From contig CAVNZM010000011.1 in assembly GCA_963693365.1 (NCBI GenBank), forward strand, positions 7,863,937 to 7,927,936: a stretch of DNA of 64,000 nt, read 5' to 3'. The notes below the pieces were generated by a model that was given only the letters and a program-made list of their open reading frames with translations, was not told the origin of the DNA and did no database searches. Source of the stretch: Amoebidium appalachense. Its lineage: Eukaryota; Protista; Ichthyosporea. Of this stretch, positions 24,779 to 36,218 are shown piece by piece (positions within the stretch are counted from its first letter, which is position 1; each line of letters opens with the position of its first letter). The translations under genes were made by a program, and so were the position numbers.

Positions 24779-25081
24779 ACGGTCGTTCCTCTCGCAGCCG
24801 TCGTTCTCTGGCCGTTCCAAACCCAACCCCAGCCGTTATCTGCTCTCCAGCGGCGCCAAAGTCAACCTGCGCGTCAAAGAACGTTCGGGTGCCTGCGTCG
24901 CTCCTTGCCCGGGCTGCAGCGCTGCGTCAGTCACCCAGTCAGTCACCCACGGCATGGTTCGTTCCTTCCCGTGCCAGGTAGGGAGTGGTGGAGCACACCT
25001 GTGCCTGCTTGTGATTGATCCACAGGCACCGGCTCATGTATCCCCTTGCTGGGGCTGGTAAAGACGACGTTGGCATAAGAA
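24779..25081 (+). mobile_element. Internally deleted derivative of copy T (gag piece fused to YR tail and B1)
   Basis: Junction aagaacgt|tcgggtgcc at 24884 lacks ~3.37 kb present in the paralog; shares the B1 2-bp deletion (cttgtgattg) with copy T. Confidence 0.85.
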
Positions 25082-25491
25082 TATTAAGTTTGTAAACGTG
25101 TTTTCTTTGCAGGAGAATTAGATAGCCCCGTTGGAGTAACATTGTGTGTTGCGAGTGTGCTGTAAACTTCGTGGTAGTATAATGCTGTAGGCCATGGTGT
25201 GTTTGATGTGTGTGCAAAGTTTCAGGCTGCTAGCATTTTTATTTAGGGAGCTGTAGCTGTTTTTATGTTCTGTGGGATATGCCATATGGATATTTTGATG
25301 AGTTTGAGTTATATCTAGTCCGAAATGGGCGGCAATCGATTTGGTCTTTATGATCTAGGGGTTTTAGCCACTTGTGAAAATTTTTCATTGGTTGATGTGC
25401 AGCAAAAATTCCATTTTGGTAGATTTCATGGATTTGATAGGTTCTAAGTCATTTCTTCATATTTCCATAGGCAAAAATGTGGGCCGCGCTC

Positions 25492-25526
25492 TATAATGAG
25501 CTTGCGCGGCCCCAGGGAGGTCAGTT
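25492..25526 (+). promoter_or_regulatory. Candidate TATA plus initiator promoter in the A repeat of E2
   Basis: tataa at 25492 and tcagtt at 25521 (+1 A at 25523, 31-nt spacing). Confidence 0.55.
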
Positions 25527-25812
25527 GCGGCGCTACTGAGCGCGTTTAGGTCTCTTTAGGCCCAATTTTTTAGCTAAGTTTTTGCAACTCTAGTCCCCGT
25601 TTTTCGCGCTCTTGTTCGTTTTTTCTCTAGTTTTTTTTGCCCAGGAGCGCGCGCTTAGCTTCGGCAGCATCTGGTAAGAGTTTTGCGTGCGCGCCGTTGC
25701 GTTTTAGCTGGTTTTCGGACGTTTTTTGCGGTGTCGGTTTTCCCACGTTTTTTGCATTTTCCAGTCTTCGTTTTCAAGTTTTCGTGCTCTAGTCTGGTTT
25801 GTGAGCATTGCA

Positions 25813-26868
25813 ATGGCCCCTCCATCTGCTCTGGTCGCCAAGGGGGCCGCTCTCCTCGAAAAGCTTTTGGAGATCTCTACCGATGCGGACGACGCAAGTC
25901 TCAAAAGTCTGGCCGTTTTGCAGTCCAACGCCCTCCCCTGGAACAGCCTGCCGGCAGAAACCGTCAACAGTGTGGTTTCAGCCCTCAAGGCGCGCTCGGT
26001 GGCTTTTGATGACCCTGAGATGGTCGGTTGGAAAGTCACCGACCAGCTGCACTTGCTCTGTCGCACTCCTCGCAGCGGCCGTGCCTCCCCCCCACCTGGG
26101 TCGCCCTCTCCCCAGCGGCGTTCTGACGGTGTAGACGTCCAAGAGCAGCTGCAGGCGCTTTCTGCCCAAGTGCAAGCCCTCTCTGTTGCCCAGTCTGGTC
26201 GCCCCAAGAAGCCCTCTGCCGGCGGCCTGCTGAGCACGCTGTCTGCGCGGGCAAAGGGTAAGGAGCCTGTCTATGCGTACGACACCGGCAGTGAAGACAC
26301 CCCAGCGTCGAGTGAGGATTCTGATTCCAGCAGCAGTGGCTACGGTCGTTCCTCTCGCCGCCGTCGTTCCTCTGGCCGTTCCAAACCCACCCCCAGCCGT
26401 TATCTGCTCTCCAGCGGTGCCAAAGTCAACCTGCGCGTCAAAGAACGTCTGGCCCCTTCCTACCTCAAGAGCACCTTGGCTGACCAGGCCTCGGTCACTG
26501 CGGCTGTCCACGCGGCGGATTGGGTCAGCTACCGCAACAAACGGGAGGCTCTGACGCTTGCCCGTATGCTGGATCTGCTGCTGGCCACCGACCCTAAGGC
26601 CCGCAAGGAGTCACCTGCTGTGGAAGTTGGTGTGCGCCGTCTGCTGGCTGTGCAGACTGCTGATCAGTCCAACGGGGACTGGGCTGTTGCAGAGCAGTTT
26701 GAGGAGCTCCCTGCGCGCAGCCTGCCCCTGCCCCCTGCCTTGGCCACCCGGGCTGTTCGTCAAGCCAAGACCCTCGCCGAAGTCACCCGGGCTCGGCGCG
26801 GTCCCGGCAGTGGCCCATCCGGAGCCGGTCCATCGACCCCTCCGGGGACCGGTGGCCACAGGGCCTAA
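25813..26868 (+). CDS. gag-like ORF1 of E2
   Basis: Intact, near-identical to E1 ORF1. Confidence 0.8.
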   Translation: MAPPSALVAKGAALLEKLLEISTDADDASLKSLAVLQSNALPWNSLPAETVNSVVSALKARSVAFDDPEMVGWKVTDQLHLLCRTPRSGRASPPPGSPSPQRRSDGVDVQEQLQALSAQVQALSVAQSGRPKKPSAGGLLSTLSARAKGKEPVYAYDTGSEDTPASSEDSDSSSSGYGRSSRRRRSSGRSKPTPSRYLLSSGAKVNLRVKERLAPSYLKSTLADQASVTAAVHAADWVSYRNKREALTLARMLDLLLATDPKARKESPAVEVGVRRLLAVQTADQSNGDWAVAEQFEELPARSLPLPPALATRAVRQAKTLAEVTRARRGPGSGPSGAGPSTPPGTGGHRA

Positions 26869-26945
26869 ACGGCCCTTTGGGGGTTCGGCACGCGGTTCTG
26901 TATATTATTTTCTTGTGGCTTCCTGCCACGTGCCCTTGATTAAAT

Positions 26946-29000
26946 ATGCCCCCTAATTTTTCTAAGGATTCCACAGCTATGCCACGTCATGTCTTTGCCG
27001 CCTCTGATTTGTTTCCTGTTCCGGCCATTCCTGTGCCGGACCGTTCTGGACAAGCCCGTCTACGGAGTCAACGCCGTCGGCAACGTCTGTCTCACCGCCT
27101 GAAGGGGGTTACCTTGGCTAACCGTTGTCTTGGTGCCCTCAACGAGCTGTGGGCAGGCGGCCCTTGCCCATTCCCGACCCGGTTGGTGAACAGTCACCAC
27201 CATGCCCTGTGGACCTTTGTCCTTAGGGCCAGCTACGATGCTATACGCGCGGGTGTCTACGACGCTCAGCCTGCGAGTAGTGTCTTGGCTGCGTTCCCCG
27301 CGGCCTACCCTGTATTGACAGGATGGCTACCTCTCACGGCGGCAAATGCCGCTTTGCCACCCCCTGGGGTTGGAGCCACAGTGGACGTGTTGCAGTTTTT
27401 GTCTCCTACGCTGCAGCCGTTTTTGGCCAACTGCGACGGCGGCCTTCTCAAGCCTGTTCCGCCGACGCCTGCAGAGCTGCGCCGCATCCGACCGGCGCAT
27501 CACGTACCCAGTGGGGAATACGGTCCCCTGCTTCTTCGGCTTCAAGACTGCGGCATGGTGCACTATTTCGAGGCGAAGGAAAAACCACTGGCCATCAATG
27601 GGCTGTTTGGGGTCCCCAAAGACACCAGAGCCCGCGTCATTTTTGACGGCCGCCGTGGCAACCTGTTCTTTGCCCGTGATCATCCTGCCCTCCAGGTGCA
27701 CCTGCCCAACCCTGCCGATTTTGCCGATCTGTTGCTGGGGCCTGAGGATTGCCTCTATTTTGGCAAGTCGGACATGGACAACCAGTTCCATCGTCTTCTT
27801 GCCCCCGAGTGGCTGTGGCGGTACTTCGGATTGCCGCCTGTGTCTTCGGAGGCTGTTGGCATTTCTGGGCCCGACCGGCTTGTGTACCCGGCCCTCAAGA
27901 CCGTGCCCATGGGCTGGGTGCATTCTGTGCTTGTGGCTCAAGACGTCCATGGGCAGTTGGCTGACCGAGCCGGCATGCCCCGCATTGAGCGCCTCTGTGC
28001 GATAGTGCCGCGGCCTGTGGAGGCCACGCAGCATGCCCTGTATGTGGACGACTGTGGCTGGGTCGGCACAGATGCCACCGCCATCAATCGTCAGCGTGAA
28101 TCGTATCATGGCGTCACCGGCCCGGCTGGTCTTCCCTCCAATGTCAAGAAGGATGTGGCTGCTGGTTCGTCGTCCTCTATGGTGCTGGTAGGCCTGGAAA
28201 TGCATCGCTCTGGGATATTGCGCCCGTCTGGCGCATCCTTGTGCCGTCTGGTGGCGGAAACCCAGGCCGTGTTGCGTCGTGGTGTCGTCACGCAGCTCCG
28301 TTTGCAGCAGTTGCTTGGTGGTTGGGTGTGGGCGGCACTGCTGCAGCGGCCGCTTTTGTCGGTTCTGAGTGCCGTCTACAGTTTTGTGGAGCAGCTGGGG
28401 GGTCGGGAACAGCCCCTTCCCCCGCCCGTGGTGTGGGAGCTTCAGGCGATGTGTGCTTTGGCCCCTTTGATGCGTTGTGATTTGCGTTCTGGGTTTGCTA
28501 GCACCATGTTCTGCACTGATGCTTCCTTGTTGGGTGGTGCAGTGGTGTCCCGGGTGCTTCCAGCAACGCTTCTCCGCGAAGTGCTGCCTCACTGCAACCG
28601 GCGTGGCCACTACAGCCAGCTGTCTGGTCCTGTGCACGAGCCAAGCCCGTCCGCCCCCCCGGCACCTATCCTGGCAGCTGTTGGTGGCCGGTGGACCACC
28701 AACATCAGTCATCGTTGGCGCCACTCCGACCACATCAACATTCTGGAGGGAGAAGCCTTGCTCCTGGGGCTTCGTCGATTAGGTCGGTCTACGGCTGCCC
28801 GGGGCTCCCGCTACCTTTGGGGCCTTGATTCGACGGCGCTGCTTGGGGCTGTTGCTAAGGGTCGTTCAGCATCCCGACGCCTGAACCGTGTATGCCGCCA
28901 GGTGGCTGCCTACAAGCTTGCCCTCGACATTCGTTTGTATTGTGTGTGGCTGCCGTCAGCCCACAATCCTGCAGATGGTCCCTCGCGGTTTTCTGGCTGA
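26946..29000 (+). CDS. Reverse transcriptase / RNase H of E2 (684 aa, intact)
   Basis: LYVDD, VPMGW, FCTDAS, HINILE and NPADGPSR motifs. Confidence 0.95.
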   Translation: MPPNFSKDSTAMPRHVFAASDLFPVPAIPVPDRSGQARLRSQRRRQRLSHRLKGVTLANRCLGALNELWAGGPCPFPTRLVNSHHHALWTFVLRASYDAIRAGVYDAQPASSVLAAFPAAYPVLTGWLPLTAANAALPPPGVGATVDVLQFLSPTLQPFLANCDGGLLKPVPPTPAELRRIRPAHHVPSGEYGPLLLRLQDCGMVHYFEAKEKPLAINGLFGVPKDTRARVIFDGRRGNLFFARDHPALQVHLPNPADFADLLLGPEDCLYFGKSDMDNQFHRLLAPEWLWRYFGLPPVSSEAVGISGPDRLVYPALKTVPMGWVHSVLVAQDVHGQLADRAGMPRIERLCAIVPRPVEATQHALYVDDCGWVGTDATAINRQRESYHGVTGPAGLPSNVKKDVAAGSSSSMVLVGLEMHRSGILRPSGASLCRLVAETQAVLRRGVVTQLRLQQLLGGWVWAALLQRPLLSVLSAVYSFVEQLGGREQPLPPPVVWELQAMCALAPLMRCDLRSGFASTMFCTDASLLGGAVVSRVLPATLLREVLPHCNRRGHYSQLSGPVHEPSPSAPPAPILAAVGGRWTTNISHRWRHSDHINILEGEALLLGLRRLGRSTAARGSRYLWGLDSTALLGAVAKGRSASRRLNRVCRQVAAYKLALDIRLYCVWLPSAHNPADGPSRFSG

Positions 29001-29910
29001 CCAGGCCATAAAGCCCCCAACCCTCAAGGCCTACCGGGATGCTGTTGTTGAGTTCCTGGATTGGTTGCCCCCTGGTACCGACACCAAGTCCCCCGCCGAA
29101 CTGGACGACCTCCTGGTGGAGTATTTTGAGGAGTGTTATGCCATTGATCCATCGCGTGGCCAGCGTCAGCGCTGTGTCAACACAGCTGCCGGCATCAAGC
29201 ATTTCATGCCACGCCTGGGTCCACACCTGCAGGCCGCCCAACGGAGCCTGCAGGGCTGGAACCGGCTTGTTCCAGCAAAGACCACGCCCCCGCTTCCGTT
29301 TTCATTGGTCCTCGTCATTGGCCATCATTTGTATTCCAAAATTGGCCCTTTGTTTGGTATTGCTGTTTTGCTTGGATTTGAGTGTTATTTTCGTGTCAGT
29401 GAGCTGCTTATGCTCACCCGTGCGGATCTTATTTTGCCCGACGACCCCGTTCCCCACGACATGCCACCCGGTACAGGCGGCATCCGCCTGGCCGACACCA
29501 AGACCGGTCCAAATCAGTTTGTCCCCATCACCGATCCGTCCCTGTTGGCCATCCTGTCTTTCTGGTTCCGTGGCGCCCCCCCTTCTGCGCGGCTGTTTCC
29601 TTTCTCGTATGATGTTCTGCGTGCCAAGTTCCAAGCGGCATGTGACTCCCTCGGCCTCAACGAGTATGGGTTCCATCTTCACAGTCTTCGCCATGGTGGT
29701 GCTTCGAGAGACTATGTCAGGGGTGTTTCAGTAGAGACGATTGCTCTGCGTGGTCGATGGAGATCGCATGCCTCCCTCCGCCGGTATGTGCAGGCCGGCC
29801 AGTCTCTTGTTCTTTCTATTCGCGTGCCTGTCTCGCGTCGCTCCTTGCCCGGGCTGCAGCGCTGCGTCAGTCACCCACGGCATGGTTCGTTCCTTCCCCG
29901 TGCCAGGTAG
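28888..29910 (+). CDS. Tyrosine recombinase of E2 (ATG 28975; C-terminal tail altered by small insertions)
   Basis: All catalytic motifs present; the frame shifts after SIRVP (~29830). Confidence 0.88.
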   Translation: MYAARWLPTSLPSTFVCIVCGCRQPTILQMVPRGFLADQAIKPPTLKAYRDAVVEFLDWLPPGTDTKSPAELDDLLVEYFEECYAIDPSRGQRQRCVNTAAGIKHFMPRLGPHLQAAQRSLQGWNRLVPAKTTPPLPFSLVLVIGHHLYSKIGPLFGIAVLLGFECYFRVSELLMLTRADLILPDDPVPHDMPPGTGGIRLADTKTGPNQFVPITDPSLLAILSFWFRGAPPSARLFPFSYDVLRAKFQAACDSLGLNEYGFHLHSLRHGGASRDYVRGVSVETIALRGRWRSHASLRRYVQAGQSLVLSIRVPVSRRSLPGLQRCVSHPRHGSFLPRAR

Positions 29911-30705
29911 GGAGTAGTGGAGCACACCTGTGCCTGCTTGTGAGATTGATCCACAGGCACCGGCTCATGTATCCCCTTGCTGGGGCTGGTAAAGACGACG
30001 TTGGCATAAGAATATTAAGTTTGTAAACGTGTTTTCTTTGCAGGAGAATTAGATAGCCCCGTTGGAGTGAAATTGTGTGTTGCGAGTGTGCTGTAAACTT
30101 CGTGGTAGTATAATGCTGTAGGCCATGGTGTGTTTGATGTGTGTGCAAAGTTTCAGGCTGCTAGCATTTTTATTTAGGGAGCTGTAGCTGTTTTTATGTT
30201 CTGTGGGATATGCCATATGGATATATTGATGAGTTTGAGTTATATCTAGTCCGAAATGGGCGGCAATCGATTTGGTCTTTATGATCTAGGGGTTTTAGCC
30301 ACTTGTGAAAAATTTTCATTGGTTGATGTGCAGCAAAAATTCCATTTTGGTAGATTTCATGGATTTGATAGGTTCTAAATCATTTCTTCATATTTCCATA
30401 GGCAAAAATGTGGGCCGCGCTCTATAATGAGCTCGCGCGGCCCCAGGGAGGTCAGTTGCGGCGCTACTGAGCGCGTTTAGGTCTCTTTAGGCCCAATTTT
30501 TTAGCTAAGTTTTTGCCCACCCACCACACCCTTTGCCTATTTAGGCACTAGGCTACGTTTTTTGAGCATGTTTCTGTATGACATTTGTCATTCTTTTCAT
30601 TGCTCCTGTGGAGCACACCTGTGCCTGCTTGTGAGATTGATCCACAGGCACCGGCTCGAATATGACATCAGACGGTAAGAAGAGCGCATAAAGATGTTTC
30701 TTTGC

Positions 30706-30892
30706 GTCTCGCTCCACAGGAGCAGAGACGGATACCATATGTACTTTTTTGTCTCGCTCCACTGGAGCAGAGACCACGCCTGACAGTTTGTTTTTTCTCA
30801 CAACTTGTTACAAATTTTTAAGTCTCGTTCCACAGGAGCGAGACTGCAATACAACAAATTTCTATGTCTCGACTCCGGAGTCTGCTCCAGAC
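30706..30892. repeat. Cluster of 3 (plus 1 degenerate) 23-24 bp palindromic repeats gtctcgctccacaggagcagagac with unique spacers
   Basis: Copies at 30706, 30751, 30822 and 30866; spacers of 21, 47 and 21 nt. Confidence 0.8.
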
Positions 30893-32540
30893 TGCACTAG
30901 ACACCAAAACATATCAAAAAAAGAAAAAAAAAAGAGGGTGGTGGTGGGGGGGGGGGGGGGGGGCTTCTATCATCCCACTAGTCCTCATCCTCATCCTCCC
31001 CACCCTCATCTCCTTCCTCCCCCCAGCCGGGGGGGGGGGGGGGGGGGGGGGGGGAAGGAGTATAAAAGAGCAGCAACGAACATAAACAAAACTCAAAACA
31101 AGCAAACTATTATGCGGGTTTCTAAGAAGCTCCCAACATCATTAAACTAAACACATGCTAATCCCTTGACAGAAGAGTAACAAGGTGTGTGTGTATGTGT
31201 ATGAGGCCCAAAAAAAAAAAAAGGACGCCCAACATGACAATATAAGGGGGGCACTCTTACACCAAACCATACCATACCAAATGCCGGCAGAGTAATTAAC
31301 AGGACAAAGAGCCGGTACCCACCTATGGGTGCTAAACATGCACATGATCATTCATGTGCTATAAGAGCAACACAGAAACGAAACACGGAAACAACAGCAG
31401 CCATAGGACAAAGAGCCCCAGACCCACAGGGTCTTGCCTCCATACTTTATTTACCTTAACAGGACAAAGAGCCGGTACCCACCTATGAAACGAAAAACGG
31501 AAACAACAGCAGCCATAGGACAAAGAGCCGGTACCCACCTCTAGATGATAACGTAGCCTTATAGCTGCTGATGACTTCATGGGCCAACCTTGCCAAAACC
31601 TGTAAAGGAACTCGAGCTAAGAATTAGCTCATCCTACTTGCGAGAAGTGGGGGGAGGGGGGGGGGGGGGGGGGGGGGGGGACTGAGGGGGCTGACTGAGA
31701 GTGGCAAAAAAAGAGTCGACAGAACCAACCTCAAACATAGTAAGGACGGAAACCCGGACCAGAACTTATGAAGTCTAGAGAAGCAGAAAATAGCTTGAAC
31801 GATCGGTGGAGGGGATGATAGCTATAGTGCTAACAGCAAAAGTAGTGCCCACAGTCGCTGGTTCATGAACGTGAAAGGCAACGTGCATCTGCAGCCAGCA
31901 GACACACGCACACGCACGCACGCACGCACACACACATACACACACACACACACAGACACAGACACAGACCAGACAGACAAACGCCATATGCACAAAAGCA
32001 GGCAACACAAAACTAACCTTCAAGAAGAAGCTGCAGCATGCAGCATGGTCCAAAACAATCAGCACGGTGGCTGCGCGATCTGCGGAGGGGATCTGTGACC
32101 AGGCGCTGCGGGAAGGGAACTGCGACCAGGCGACCTGCGGGAAGGGACCTGCGACCAGGCGACCTGCGGGAAAGGACCTGCGGACCTGCGGGAAGGGGGA
32201 AGAGAAATGGAGAAAACAACGTGCGTACAGGCTTAAATGGAGAAAAAATTGCAAACCGGATTGGGATTTAGCCAATCACTATTCGCCGCGCCTGATTAGG
32301 AAAAAAGATAAAAATAGATTTCGGCTCGCGCGCGCGCGTGCATCAGCTTGGTGCCCTTAGCGCTACCCTTAGTGCCCTTAGTCACAACTATCAGACTAGA
32401 GTTACGTGTCCTCCACTTCTTTGTTCTTGACCATTTTTTCGGCATGAAAGGGTTTCTGTTACTTCTTGCTGTCCTTCTTAGCGTGCTTGCTTGTCTTTTT
32501 TTCAACATGGGTGTCACTGGCGCTTTCGACTTCTTTGAAA

Positions 32541-32586
<46 letters not shown>

Positions 32587-33254
32587 GCACGCACACATAC
32601 TCACACATGCACACTGCACACACACACACACACACACACACAGGCGCACACACACAGGCACGCACACACACACAGGCGCACACCTACACAACACAAACAG
32701 CACATGCACACACAAGCGCACACACGCACACACCCTGTTATCCCTGATCATGATGCCCCCTCCCCCCTCCCTCTTCCCCCCCGCGCACCCCCCCCCCCCC
32801 CCCCACCCACCCCACCCACCCACCTACAAAGACGAAAACATTGTACATGTATTGCATACACAAATATACTCGCACATATACATACACACATTCACTTAAA
32901 TCTTTTAGGCTACATGTGCAATATACATTCATTATGCACAGTCGATAGAATTCGTTGTGAACCCCCCCCCCCCCCCCCCCTCCCCCCTCCTCGTTCCCCC
33001 CATATGCAATGGGGATAATATTGTTTCCCGCTATTAATTAAAAAATCACTGTTCTAACTTCCTTTATAAGACCGAACCACTTGTAACACCGACAGTTTCG
33101 GTTGTGTGGAACCCCCCCCCCCCCCCCCCCCCCCCCCCCAACCCACCCACCACCTTACCAATATTGAGGTGTACACTGCCCCCACATCCCCAACTGTGTG
33201 CTGAATATCCCGTGCTAGGAAACCAATAACGTGAAAGTAACACATGCCGCATGT

Positions 33255-36218
33255 GGGTAGTTATTGAAAAAACCAATAATGTCTAGGTAACATACTATGT
33301 ACATATACTATGCTACAAAGGGGGTTCTATACGAGCTACAACGTTGTGTTTTTTTCGTGTGACCCTCGTACTCCAGGGGCACATTCACCATCCCCCCCAT
33401 AAACTTTGTGGTAAAGTTCTCGTGCTAGAAGCTGTTCTGTGGGTAGTTATTGAAAAAACGAATAATGTCTAGGTAACACATGTACATATGCTATGCTACA
33501 AGGGGGGTTCTATTCGAGCTACAATGTTGTGTTTTTTTTGTGTGACCCTCGTACTCCAGGGGCACATTCACCATCCCCCCCATAAACTTTGTGGTAAATG
33601 TCTCGTGCTAGAAGCTGTTCTGTGGGTAGTTATTGAAACAACCAATAATGTCTAGGTAACACATGGACATATACTATGCTACAAGGGGGGTCTATTCGAG
33701 CTACAACATTGTGTTTTTTTCGTGTGACCCTAGTACTCCAGGGGCACATTCTCCATCCCCCCCATAAACTTTGTGGTAAATTTCCCGTGCTAGAAGCTGT
33801 TCTGTGGGTAGTTATTGAAAAAACCAATAATGTCTAGGTAACATACTATGTACATATACTATGCTACAAGGGGGGTTTTTTACGAGCTACAACGTTGTGT
33901 TTTTTTCGTGTGACCCTCGTACTCCAGGGGCACATTCACCATCCCCCCCATAAACTTTGTGGTAAAGCTCTCGTGCTAGAGGCTGTTCTGTGGGTAGTTA
34001 TTGAAAAAACGAATAATGTCTAGGTAACACATGTACTTATACTATGCGACAAGGGGGGTTCTATTCGAGCTACAATGTTGTGTTTTTTTCGTGTGACCCT
34101 CGTACTCCAGGGGCACATTCACCATCCACCCCATAAACTTTGTGGTAAATCTCTCGTGCTAGAGGCTGTTCTGTGGGTAGTTATTGAAAAACCAATAATG
34201 TCTAGGTAACATATGTACAGATACTATGCTACAAGGGGGGTTCTATACAAGCTACAACGTTGTGTTTTTTTCGTGTGACCCTCGTACTCCAGGGGCACAT
34301 TCACCATCCCCCATATAAACGTTTTGGTAAAGCTCTCGTGCTAGAAGCTGTTCTGTGGGTAGTTATTGAAAAAACCAATAATGTCTAGGTAACACATGTA
34401 CATATGCTATGCTACAAGGGGGGTTTTATACGAGCTACAACGTTGTGTTTTTTTCGTGTGACCCTTGTACTCCAGGGGCACATTCACCATCCCCCCCATA
34501 CACTTTGTGGAAAATGTCTCGTGCTAGAAGCTGTTCTGTGGGTAGTTATTGAAACAACCAATAATGTCTAGGTAACACATGGACATATACTATGCTACAA
34601 GGGGGGTCTATTCGAGCTACAACATTGTGTTTTTTTCGTGTGACCCTCGTACTCCAGGGGCACATTCTCCATCCCAACCATTAACTTTGTGGTAAGTTTC
34701 TCGTGCTAGAAGCTGTTCTGTGGGTAGTTATTGAAAAAACAAATAATGTCTAGGTAACATACTATGTACATATACTATGCTACAAAGGGGGTTCTATACG
34801 AGCTACAACGTTGTGTTTTTTTCGTGTGACCCTCGTACTCCAGGGGCACATTCAACATCCCCCCCATAAACTTTGTGGTAAAGCTCTCGTGCTAGAAGCT
34901 GTTCTGTGGGTAGTTATTGAAAAAACGAATAATGTCTAGGTAACACATGTACTTATACTATGCTACAAGGGGGGTTCTATTCGAGCTACAATGTTGTGTT
35001 TTTTTCGTGTGACCCTCGTACTCCAGGGGCACATTCACCATCCACCCCATAAACTTTGTGGTAAATCTCTCGTGCTAGAGGCTGTTCTGTGGGTAGTTAT
35101 TGAAAAACCAATAATGTCTAGGTAACATATGTACATATACTATGCTACAAGGGGGGTTCTATACGAGCTACAACGTTGTGTTTTTTTCGTGTGACCCTCG
35201 TACTCCAGGGGCACATTCACCATCCCCCCCATAAACTGTGTGGTAAAGCTCTCGTGCTAGAAGCTGTTCTGTGGGTAGTTATTGAAAAAACGAATAATGC
35301 CTAGGTAACACATGTACTTATACTATGCTACAAGGGGGGTTCTATTCGAGCTACAATGTTGTATTTTTTTCGTGTGACCCTCGTACTCCAGGGGCACATT
35401 CACCATCCACCCCATAAACTTTGTGGTAAATCTCTCGTGCTAGAGGCTGTTCTGTGGGTAGTTATTGAAAAACCAATAATGTCTAGGTAACATAGGTACA
35501 TATACTATGCTACAAGGGGGGTTCTATACGAGCTACAACGTTGTGTTTTTTTCGTGTGACCCTCGTACTCCAGGGGCACATTCACCATCCCCCCCACAAA
35601 CTTTCTGGTAAATTTCTCGTGCTAGAGGCTGTTCTGTGGGTATTTATTGAAAAAACCAAAAATGTGTAAGAAACATATGTACATGTACTATGCTACAAGG
35701 GGGGTTCTATACGAGCTACAACGTTGTGTTTTTTTCGTGTGACCCTCGTACTGCAGGGGCACATTCACCATCCCCGGCATAAACGTTTTGGTAAATAAAA
35801 CGCAGTAGGCCGTCGAATGTGGCGGGGCCTCCGGCAGTGTCCACGCAATAAAAAGTGTGTAAACCCCTAACACAATGTACATAATACTATGCTACACGGG
35901 GGGTTCTATTCGAGCTACAAGGTTGTGTTTTTTTCGTGTGACCCTCGTACTCCAGGGGCACATTTACCATCCCCCCCATAAACTTTGTGGTAAAATTCTC
36001 GTGCTAGAGGCTGTTCTGTGGGTAGTTATTGAAAAACCAATAATGTCTAGGTAACATATGTAGTATACTATGCTACAAGGTGGGTTCTATACGAGCTACA
36101 ACGTTGTGTTTTTTTCGTGTGACCCTCGTACTCCAGGGGCACATTCACCATCCCCCCTTATAATTTGTGGTGAATTTCTCGTGGTAGAAGCTACTCTGTG
36201 GGTAGTTATTGAAAAAAC
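33255..36218. repeat. Second array of the ~183-bp satellite, about 16 units
   Basis: Anchor gggtagttattgaaa at 33255, 33441, 33624, 33806 ... 36200. Confidence 0.95.

Larger units (their letters stand above)
17315..25081. repeat. Segmental duplication copy 1 (paralog of 31158-41154)
   Basis: Starts ctaatcccttgacagaag in both copies (offset 13843). ORF-track peptides recur, e.g. 17517 and 31359, 23556 and 36279. Confidence 0.93.
25080..30657 (+). mobile_element. Near full-length YR retrotransposon copy E2 (B2 truncated)
   Basis: A 25082-25585, gag, RT/RH, YR, B1 29917-30012, A2 30013-30516, spacer, partial B2 30608-30657. Confidence 0.95.

Noticed and set aside
27327-28733. 468-aa antisense ORF over RT (also 38477-39883)
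   Set aside because: Broken by a stop in E1, E3, E4 and the 43-46 kb copy; no motifs; an expected shadow of GC-rich coding sequence.
30227-30275. ttgatgag...cgaaa in repeat A as a possible hammerhead
   Set aside because: Lacks the conserved C of CUGANGA and has no convincing stem II.
30706-30892. CRISPR array
   Set aside because: Only 3-4 repeats, uneven spacers, no cas genes, eukaryotic context; kept as a hairpin-repeat finding.
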